Below are positions 54,201-64,000 of a stretch of DNA of 64,000 bases, piece by piece. The stretch is taken from NCBI GenBank assembly GCA_002245135.1, contig NGBS01001162.1, positions 1 to 64,000 of the forward strand. The letters run 5' to 3'. The translations under genes were made by a program, and so were the position numbers. Each line of letters begins with the position of its first letter. Position 1 is the first letter of the stretch. Source of the DNA: Proteromonas lacertae. Its lineage: Eukaryota. The notes under the pieces are model-generated. The model was not told where the DNA came from, searched no databases, and saw only the letters and a list, made by a program, of their open reading frames with translations.

Positions 54201-55915
54201 TGAAAGTAAGTAATTCATTTGTTTATATAGAAAGTGGTTTAAGAATTGGAGTAGATAAAGATCAAAAAGAGTTTGTATATGGAAGTTTTATTGGTGATAC
54301 AAACAGATGTAAAGAAGTGAATATTGATAATAGTTGGTCAATTTTCATAACAATGGGAATAGAAATCAACACAACAACAACAAATTTCGGTGGAATGATA
54401 GGAAGAATAGGTGATATTAGTGATAATGATACAATAGTAATAACCAATTCCACAATTCAAATGCCAATTGGTCATAACAAGTTTATATTTAGAAATGGAG
54501 ATGATGAAATTGATGAATCACCAAATATTGGTTTTATATTTGGAACAAATATATCTGAAAGTAAATCTTATTTATTAGATTATACTATGGCTTATGTAGA
54601 ATCTTGTAATAGTAGTGAATTCTATTGTATATCTCCTCAAATGTATTATCAACCATCTGGAAAATATCCATATATTCCCCCAAAAAGAATACTAGAATCA
54701 ACACAAAATAATTATTGTAGTGGTTCTGGAGCTTTAATATATGATAGTACATTTACTAGCCTTGAATCCAAAGGAAATGATTTTTGTAATTCATTAGGTA
54801 AAACAACTTGTGAAGGATATAATGGAATATGTTATGATTCAACATCATATAGTCCATGTAAACTACCAAAAGAAAAAGATGAATTGACATTATCAAAAGA
54901 TCCAATATATATAAAATCAAGTACATTATTATGTCCAAATGAATGTTCAAAACATGGAGTGTGTATATATGGAGAATGTCGATGTTATGCTGGATTTACT
55001 TCATTTGATTGTAGATTAAGAACATGTCCATATGGAAGTCCAATTTCTAATCCATCAAATGAATATGAGAAAGAAAAAAGAGTGAATTATGAATGTTCCA
55101 ATCAAGGAAAATGTAATAGAAAGAGTGGATTATGTGAATGTTTAAGTGGTTTTGAAGGAAATGCCTGTCAAAGAACAAAATGTCCAAATGAATGTTCAAA
55201 TCATGGAATTTGTATGACAGTAAGTGAAGCTGAATTAAAGAAAGAAAAAGATAATATAAATGATAATGATAAATACAATTATGATATAAACTACTTAAAG
55301 AAATATGAAAAATGGGATAAAGATTCAATTCAAGTATGTGTTTGTGATAAAGAATATCATGGAGTTGATTGTTCAATTCGAAAATGTCCTTATGGTTATT
55401 TGGCTGATAGTGAATGTGATTCATTACCTCAAACTGCAATTACAATTACATATCGAGCACCACAAAGAATTGGAGACAATAATAAAATCTATGTGAAATA
55501 TACAGATCCATTTGGTAGAAAATGGTTTACAAAGAGTTTTAATATAAACGAAAGAGAAGAATGGTTAGATGCTTTAGGTTCTTTACCTCCAGATATAATA
55601 TCAATAGAAGATTTGACAGTTCATATAACAAATGATATTACTGTTTCAATTACATTTTCAAAACATCAAACAGGAAGACAATATCCATTAGAAATAATCG
55701 GAAGTAAAGAAATAAAAGAGATTGATGAATTGAAAGATAAAAAGGATAATGGTATTCTTGATACAGAGAATGGTAAAATATCATATGAAGTAGAATATAC
55801 TCAAAGATCATCAGAATGTAGTAATAATGGAATTTGTGATACAAAGAGTGGAATATGTAATTGTTTTGATGGTTTTAGAGGAATTGCTTGTTCAGAAATT
55901 GATACAACATACTAA
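51291..55915 (+). pseudogene. Disrupted secreted fusion: jelly-roll and F5/8-like domains, HRM-like module, mucin-like linker, GLUG-like beta-helix, mastigoneme-type EGF array
   Basis: Signal peptide via intron 51325-51356; frameshift at ~51588; in-frame TAA at 53080-53082 inside a Thr-rich linker that reads on into ORF 53251; frameshift at ~53947; C-terminal CPNECSxHGxC and ECSNxGxC repeats. Assembly error cannot be excluded. Confidence 0.65.
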
Positions 55916-56098
55916 AATATATTGATTATAAATTATATTATTGTATTACTTCTCTTATAATTGTTTTTCTATACGGTAGTTTTTTTATTATTACTATCAA
56001 TAATACTGAAGTGAGTTTAGATGAATAAAGTTTGACTTTTCTTTTGTTAAGATGATGTTATATATGAAAATAAATTCAACTAAAAAAAAACACACAAT

Positions 56099-57274
56099 TT
56101 AATAACATTCATTTAAAATCTTTTCAACATCTTCAGGGAGTATATCTTTATGTTCTCCTAATTTAACTCCATCTTTTTTAAACCTATCACATACTTCTTT
56201 TATCCAACTTTTATCCTGACTACATTTACATTCACTTATTTTTGATGGTAATTTCATTATATCATGATAGAAATGTTTAATCGCTTGGATTGTCTCTTTA
56301 GCAGCAACTAATACATCATCATTCTTTATTCCAAATACATATTCACCTAACATCGCTAACTTCTCTTTCTTTTTGTCTATTTTATACTCAAATATCACTG
56401 GTTCAACTATTGCTAACGTTACAGCATGAGTTAATCCTAAATTAGCTGTCATTTCATGTCCAATTTTATGAGTTGCCCAATCTTCTGGAACACCTTGACA
56501 AATCAAATAATTCAATGCCTGATTTGCTGCCCACATTATATTAGCACGAGCTGCATAATCTTTTGGCTCTTTTATTATCTTCTGACCATTTATGTAAAGT
56601 GTTTTACATAATCCTTCGCTGTATCTATCTTGACAATCAGCATCACATGGATATGTAACATACTGTTCACAAACATGAACAAAAGCATCCACTACACCAT
56701 TTGCTGTTTGATTATCTGGCAATGTGCAGGTTAATTCTGGATCTAATACACTTACTACTGGATATAATGGATCATCCTTAATAGCTAGTTTTCTATGCAT
56801 TTTTCTTCTTGAAATAACAGCTCCTTTGTTACTTTCACTTCCTGTTGCTGGTAAGGTCAATACTGTTGCTATTGGAACTGCTTTTGTAATTGGAGTACGA
56901 TGAATAACAAGATCTTCCCATGGATCTCCATCACAATAACTAGCTGCTGCAATTAATTTCGCTCCATCTATTACTGAACCACCACCAACAGCTAATAAAA
57001 AGCATTTATCTGGACCAATTTGTTTAATTCTCTCTACACATTTCATTAAAGTATCAAAATCAGGATTTGCTTCAATTCCACCAAAATCCTCTACCTCTCT
57101 ATTTCCTAATACTTTCTTTACAGCATCATAAGTTCCATATTTTTTAATGCTTCCTCCTCCATAACACAAAATGAAATGTTTATCTTCTGGCAAGTATTTA
57201 CCAAGTTTTTTGATTGTATCTTTACCAAAAAGAACTCTTGTTGGGTTTATCCAATTGAAATTACTAACAGGCAT
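56099..57274 (-). CDS. Iron-containing alcohol dehydrogenase, YqhD/butanol dehydrogenase-like, intronless
   Basis: NPTRVLFGK, YGGGSIK, GGIEANP, GGGSVIDG, TLPATGSE, DAFVHVCEQY, DWATHKIGHE, THAVTLA. Confidence 0.93.
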   Translation of the reverse strand: MPVSNFNWINPTRVLFGKDTIKKLGKYLPEDKHFILCYGGGSIKKYGTYDAVKKVLGNREVEDFGGIEANPDFDTLMKCVERIKQIGPDKCFLLAVGGGSVIDGAKLIAAASYCDGDPWEDLVIHRTPITKAVPIATVLTLPATGSESNKGAVISRRKMHRKLAIKDDPLYPVVSVLDPELTCTLPDNQTANGVVDAFVHVCEQYVTYPCDADCQDRYSEGLCKTLYINGQKIIKEPKDYAARANIMWAANQALNYLICQGVPEDWATHKIGHEMTANLGLTHAVTLAIVEPVIFEYKIDKKKEKLAMLGEYVFGIKNDDVLVAAKETIQAIKHFYHDIMKLPSKISECKCSQDKSWIKEVCDRFKKDGVKLGEHKDILPEDVEKILNECY

Positions 57275-57372
57275 GAAAAATGAGAATAAAAAAATGAAGG
57301 TGTTATCGAAAATTATCAAACACCAATTTTACTGACTTTTTGTAACATACTATACACACATTAAACATCTAT

Positions 57373-59841
57373 TTAAATAATAAATTTTAATTTAGGACAG
57401 TTATTTTTAATTATTTTAAGTAAAGGATGGTTTGAAGGAATTGCATTGTGTGAAAAATTGAATATCTTCAAGAATGTCAATGGAGTTAGATTTCTAGATA
57501 AAGCATACATATCTCTTTCTTCGAATCTATTACTTGAAAAGTTAATATTTCTTATATTGTGTTGCGATTGGATATGTGACAAAAAATACTTTGCTCCATT
57601 TATATCTATTCTGTTATTACTTAAATTAATTGACTTTAGGTTTGATAAAGCAGAAATACAATCAGTTAAAGTATGTAAACCATAAGATCCAATAAGTCCT
57701 CTAGATAAATCTATATTCTTTAATTCTTTTAATATAGATATTCTTAACGAAAAATAAGTCAATTCTTCAGACGAAATCTCATTATCTAATTAATAATAAC
57801 TACAATCATTATTATACTCGATATATCCAGATTCTGTATTAAACTAATGTTTATTAAATGATCAGACAAATATTTTATTCCTTCACTTTTCATATCTGTC
57901 TCAGATAATGAAAGAGTGTTTAGATTTATAGTTTTTGAAAATGAGTCAATTAAATAACAACAATCTTTAAATCCCAATTTATTCTTTGAACAATTAAATT
58001 GTGAAATATTATTTATCCAAAAAGAATTCTCTTCAAATTTTGTACAAGATCCAGATGTAATTAAATTACTGGATATATCTAAAAACGACAAGGATGTAAT
58101 GAATGAAAAATGATTTGATAATGAAATGAATGAGTTATTACCCATCATATTATCAGAAAAGTTTAAATAAGTCAAATTTGTGAATTTAAATAGGAAATTA
58201 GTAAATACCATAATACTTGCATCACTAATATAATTAGAAGAAATATTTAATAGTGTAAGTTCTGGTAATCTTGAATGGTATTGAACAAGTGACATTAATC
58301 CATCTGAACTTATTTTATTGTCTCCAAAATTCAATGACTGTAATTGAGAATATTGTTTTAAATTGTAACAAAAGTCATGAAAACCATCTTTTGATATAAG
58401 GTTAGCTATATAGATATTAAATCTGTTATATACAGCTCAAATCTAGGTGGATTAGTTTTGGTAATCTATTTAGATTGTGTAATAAATTATAAATGTTTTT
58501 ATCTCCAATAGAATTGTTTGAAAAATCGAGAGTTTGAAGGTTTGAAATAAAACAGAAACATGATGATAAAGCAATTACTGCTTCGTTTGTGATCTTACAA
58601 TCTATAAAGATAGTATATTGAAATATATACATGTTAATGATAGTGATTGTAAATTAGATAGATATTTAAATGCAAATCCTATATACTTCCATTCTTTTTG
58701 TGCTGATATATAATCTAAAATAGATAACTAAAAGAAAGAGATATGTATACTTGATAATGATAAATTAACAACATTTGAAAAACATTTTAAATTATATGCC
58801 AATAATTTGAAATGAACACAATATATACAATTTTCCATATCTTTTACTGAAGAATGATTTCTATAAGGTCTTGAATGAGTTATGCAACTAATTATATTTG
58901 GATTTTGTAAATTGATTGATGTGATATGATTTATCTTTGTTTTTAGTTTCATTGGTTTTCTATAAGATTTGAAGAAATTTGGATTATTGATTATATCTAT
59001 GATTGTATTACATTTGTATCTGTTATTTGGATTATTTTGTATCATATTTTGAATTAATATATTTAATTCTGATGGAAAAGATGAATTTAAAATGGGGTTG
59101 TTGTACTTTCTTATATTTCGATAGTTATTTCTATAGCTAAATGAATTTAATGGAGTATTTCTATAAAATAAAAAGCACAATACACATCCTAAAGACCATA
59201 TATCTGTTGAAACATCATAATATTTGTTTTCAATTATTTCTGGGCTTTGGTAATATACATTATCAAATGTATAATTACAATTATTAAACATTTGATGTGA
59301 ATAATCAATAAAATTCACTGATTGATTATCATCAACAAATATATTAGATGGTTTAATATTTCCATGAGTGATAGAATTACTGTGAAATGCTGATAAAGAT
59401 TTAATGATGTTTTTAAGTAATATACAAATACATTCACAATTATGAGTAGTAAAATCTGGTAGATCAAGTTCTTCTAATGAACAACCACTTTGAAATGGTG
59501 TTATAATTAAAACTGAATATGATAAAATGAGATAATTTGATTGAATAATACCTGTCACTTGATTAATTCTATTAATTTGTAAATTCTACTATAATAAACA
59601 CAATAATATATACATATCTTTTCAATATTTCTGAATTAATATTTTCTAAACGATAAATCTTGATAACAACCTCATTTTCTTCATTTTCATTAATTCTGAT
59701 TGTTTGTTTACATATATTTGAGTTAAGGAATATTTTGTTGTAGTTGTGATATTTAGATAATATAAAACTGTCCAATTCTTCTTTTAGATTAACTTGCTTC
59801 TTTGCAGTGTTCTCATAATTATTTTCTTTAACATTATCCAT
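57373..59841 (-). CDS. Pseudokinase domain fused to RNI-like leucine-rich repeats
   Basis: VVIKIY, THGNIKPSNIF, YQSPE, DIWSLGC, PNNR, followed by 28-residue LxxLxLSxNxIxxxG repeats; ORFs separated by ~30 nt introns. Confidence 0.75.
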
Positions 59842-59954
59842 GTAGAACAAGATATTCAGACTTCTGTTCAAATTACTAGATTTCAACGGAGTTTATTGAC
59901 TTTTTAAAATCTATGGTTATTAAAAAATGTTTTTCATTAACCAATTTTGAAAGA

Positions 59955-61693
59955 ATGAAATTTGCTCACTGCTTCTTTGTTAGTTTATTTTTTCTCTCAA
60001 TCTTGTTTGAAGCATCATGTGCAACTGATGATAAAGATAAAGAGACAAAAGTAGTCTTTGTATTTTTGATGTTTTTGATTTAATAGGATAAAGTATATGC
60101 ATATGCTGGAAAATATCATCCAAGAGAGGCATATGAAATAGCTAATGCAATTATGAAAGAAAAAACACCAGTGGAAGTATTAATTTGATATTATTTGAGT
60201 AGTTGAACAAAATAATTGAAAGCAAACATGAAATGAATGAATTACTAACAAAAATAGTTACAGGATTGGGAATTACAATAATCGATCCATATGAAGAAGT
60301 TGTTCCAATTGGTGATTTGTATATAAGTGGTTCTCAACAATCATTTAAATACGAGAGGTAATAATAGTTATAATATTACTCTATAGAGCATCATTTGGTA
60401 GTTTAACTGATTGTAATGTTCATAAGTTAGTGTTAGGAAGTATATTTTATGATGTTATATATTGTTTTTTAATAGATCCAAGTAACGGTTGTAGTAAATT
60501 TAATAATGAAGAAGATTTAAAAGGTAATATTGTAGTATTAACTCGAGGAGAATATCCTTTTACTTAATATCAATAATAAAATATGTATTTTCTTTAACAT
60601 AATAATTTAAATGTTCATTTTCTCAAAAAGCTGAAAATGTTCAAAAGATTGGAGGTATTGGAATAATTGTTAGTAATAATGCTGAAACAACATTCAGAAT
60701 GCCAAAATCAAAATCGTATTTATATATATATTTATATATTCATATTATAAATAGGGCTGAAGTAAATATCACAATTCCGTGTGTTATAGTAAAGAAGAGA
60801 GATGGATCAAATCTTATTCAAGCTTTATTGAATAGAAAATCCATATATGGTGCATTATTGGGTAAAGAATTATGTCCAAATGGTATTCAATATCCTGAAC
60901 CAATTACAGATCATAAACCTGATGATTTCTTATGGGCTGGAAAATTAGTATTTGGTGGTAATAAAGTATATGGATTTTTAACAGCAACATTTTCAGGAAT
61001 ATTACCAATTAAGATAGATTTGGGAAGATATGAAATTGCTGTAGATATGGATGGATGTACTAAGCCAGATAATAGCATATATAGTGATCATTGGGTTATA
61101 GTAAAAGTATATTATATACTTATTTATTATAGAGAGGAGGTTGTACTTATAGTAATAAGACAATAAATGTTGGTAAATATGGAGGTGCTAAAGGAATAAT
61201 TATATTAAACAATGTACCAGGTTTATCAATACCAAGTGCAATGGATGCTGAAATAAATGAAATACCACCGATACCAGTGATTAGTATTAATCAGAAATCA
61301 CATGATTTAATTGAAAATATAAAATATCAAAGAGGTAAGAATCTAGTAATTGAACCAATTGAAAATAGTTATAATATGAAGTACAGATGGACTAATTTAA
61401 CTAATGTATTAATGAGTAAGTATTTCTATCCCAAAACAAAAGAGAGATGTGATGAAAAGTATATTTTACATTAATTATAATAAAATAGAATGATTGAATT
61501 AAGTACAAAATATTCACTTGATGGAGAACCAGATAAGAATGATGTTTTAGATTTCCTTGATTATTTGAAAAATGAAATATATGAAGTTATTGAACATCCT
61601 TTACCTCCATTACCTACAATTGATGATGCTGAAAGAATGTTGCAGTTGAATATGTCTAAAAAAGCGAATCAAACTGAAGAAGTAAAACCATAA
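59955..61693 (+). CDS. Secreted protein with two protease-associated (PA) domains
   Basis: Signal peptide MKFAHCFFVSLFFLSILFEASCA; GNIVVLTRGECSFSQKAENVQKIGGIGIIVSNN and WVIVKRGGCTYSNK...GAKGIIILNN after removing introns. Confidence 0.82.
60552..60610 (+). other. U12-type (minor spliceosome) intron with AT-AA termini
   Basis: 5' ATATCCTTT; branch site TTCTTTAAC at 60590-60598; removal restores the PA consensus RGECSF. Confidence 0.8.
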
Positions 61694-61813
61694 AAAAAAA
61701 TGTGTTTGATATTATATTTTGAATGTTTTTTTTTAATCAACAACATAAACAAATAATATATTTATAGATCAAAAAACCAGTTCATAAATTAAATTGCTTG
61801 TTCAAAATTTTAT

Positions 61814-63934
61814 TTAGGTATATAATTTATCGATTGATTCTTTGAATTCTTGATATATAGTCCTTCTTACCACTTTAAATGAAGGAGTAACTAAATTATT
61901 ATCAGGAGTCCATGCTTTAGGTGTAATAAATACTTTTTGAGGAATTTCAAAATTCTTTAATCCACCTTCTTTTCCAATTTCTTTTAATTCTTTCAATAAC
62001 ACTTCTTCACTTATTCCTGTATATTCTGGCTTAACACATACTAACGCAACACAATAACTGGATGATAAAGAACCATGAATACATATATTCTCAAGATATT
62101 TACATGTTACTAAAGTAGCTTCAATCTTAGATAATGATAAATATTCACCTTGTTGTAGTTTAACTAAATCTTTCTTTCTATCAATAATCTCCAAGTTACC
62201 TTTATCATTCCATTGTGCTATATCACCTGAATGGAACCATCTATCACCATTGTTATCAACTATTAATGCAGTTTCTGTTTCTTCTGGTCGATTATAATAA
62301 CCCATTGCTATACAATCGCCTCTTACTAATATTTCACCTCTTGGATAAGGTTTATCAGTTGAGAAATAATTACCTTCAGGCCAATCTTTTAATCTTATTT
62401 CAACAGAAGGAGTTGGTAATCCAACATTACCTACTTCTCTCAATAAAGGAATCTGTAAACAACCTCCACATACTGTCTCAGTCAAACCATATGCTTGATA
62501 AACTACAGCTCTAAAGACAACTCTACAAAATGTTTGTGTTTCAGGTAATAAGTGAGAACCTGCGCAAATAAACATTCTTAATCTTCCACCAAATACCATA
62601 GTACGAATTTTATCAAATAATAAGAAATCCCAAAATGGAGTATCTCTATAATCCTTTTGAGCTTGTACTTTCTGTTTAAATGCCATATCAAATAATACTT
62701 TCTTAATTCCATGACTTACTTGTTTTTGTACTGTTGCTTTAATTCTTTCTAATAGTAATGGAACAACAGCCATCATAGTTGGTCTAGCTTTTTGAAAATC
62801 ACCTTCACATCCAGGTGTTAATCCAGGAAATCCTTTAACTAATGTTAATGGACTAGCATAAGCAACACAACCACCTTTATATAATATACACAATTCACAT
62901 TGGAATGCGAAGATATGAGCTAAAGGTAAAAACGATAAGAACGTATCATCAGGAGCTTCATCAAGTGTTATTATTCCTACAAACATTCCTCCCATTGATG
63001 ATAATATATTCTTATGAGATAATTGAACAGCTTTTGGAACACCACTACTACCACTAGTATACATAAATAAACAGATATCTTCTAACTCAGCTTTACAGTC
63101 ATCAGGATTTGGTTCACATTTTTTACCTAATTCTATTAATTCTTCAAAGGATGTTAGTTTAATATGATCAATTGTCCATGAGTTTCTAACATTGTCAATA
63201 TCACCACATGGATGCTTACCTCCATATCGATCTAATACTATCAAATGCTTTAACTCAGGCAATTCTAAGGCCAATTTCTTCATTTTCTCAACTATGTCAA
63301 TATCTACAGCTAATACACTAACATTTGATTCTTTCATTGCAAATATTAATGATTCATCTCCTAAGTTTGAGTAATAAGTTGTTAATGTGATTTTACCTCT
63401 CATACAAGCTTCAATCATGAAATGATATCTTACTTGACTTTGAGCTAAGATTCCTGCTCGTTTATCTTGTCCATGAAGTAAATTATTCAATCCAGCACTT
63501 ACTGCTTTGGTTATTTCGAAGGTATTATTAAAGGTATTGTATTTATAGTCACCAAATTCAATTTGTACTGGAATTTTACTACCTTCCGGATTTTTTACGA
63601 TTTTAATAATCTCTCTTTCAGCTACACATTTTCTATTTCCATATTTTTCAACTACTTTTTCAAATACTTGACCTACGTTTTTACATTCCGGGAATGGATT
63701 GTTGTATAATTCATCTGCTAATATTGATCTTCTTGGACGACCACCATCATTGTATACTCTTCCATCTTGAACTTCGTGTGAATGAACTATTTCTGAGTAA
63801 TGTTTTCGACGACGTACTTGTTTTGATACAAGAATATAGTGAATCATCATGTATATTGCTATTAATAACACGCATATAATAAATGCTATAAATCATTATT
63901 AAATAATTAGAAATATACGCCAATAAATATCCAT
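61814..63934 (-). CDS. Long-chain fatty acyl-CoA synthetase (ACSL3/4-like) with an N-terminal membrane anchor
   Basis: MYTSGSSGVPK, FLPLAHIF, QAYGLTET, WFHSGDI, IIDRKKDLVKLQQGEY; ATG 63934 with intron 63886-63918. Confidence 0.95.
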
Positions 63935-64000
63935 TGTCAAAATGGTTGCAATAAAAACAACTATAGAGTATAAATCAATCATTTATACCTAAAATAACAA

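Noticed and set aside
61690..61712. Stop codons created by polyadenylation (TAA, A-run, TGTGTTTG), as described for Blastocystis
   Set aside because: The gene models I built end in genomic stops and I saw no exact TGTTTGTT just after an open 3' end. The GT-rich downstream tracts may still be cleavage signals.
964..63879. Many 60-130 aa Leu/Ile/Phe/Tyr-rich ORFs opposite or overlapping long genes (for example 964, 9744, 29742, 42548, 55047, 62215)
   Set aside because: No recognisable motifs; expected antisense by-products of AT-rich codon usage.
1..64000. tRNA, rRNA, transposase, reverse transcriptase or prophage genes
   Set aside because: None recognised by eye; a covariance-model scan (tRNAscan-SE, Infernal/Rfam) would be needed to exclude small RNAs in the gaps.

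Overview
Very AT-rich, gene-dense eukaryotic DNA, not prokaryotic. The ORF track is fragmented by many tiny spliceosomal introns (mostly 26-44 nt, GTAT...YAG), so I rebuilt about 22 spliced gene models by hand. Tiny introns, GT31 galactosyltransferase, giant putative-Ig/PA14 surface proteins, a mastigoneme-type EGF array and a bacterial-type iron ADH suggest an anaerobic stramenopile such as a low-GC Blastocystis or other Opalinata; this is inference, not proven. Main highlights: (1) a five-intron gene (27302-29408) encoding a Zn-binding plus Toprim primase-like protein whose motifs resemble cyanobacterial plasmid Rep/primase proteins; (2) a Venus-flytrap + class C 7TM + RGS fusion receptor (17507-21177); (3) a U12-type intron with AT-AA ends (60552-60610); (4) an adhesin-mastigoneme fusion carrying three lesions; (5) a Rho-like GTPase lacking key G1/G3 residues; (6) two pseudokinase fusions. 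Domain calls come from motif recognition by eye. No database searches were run.
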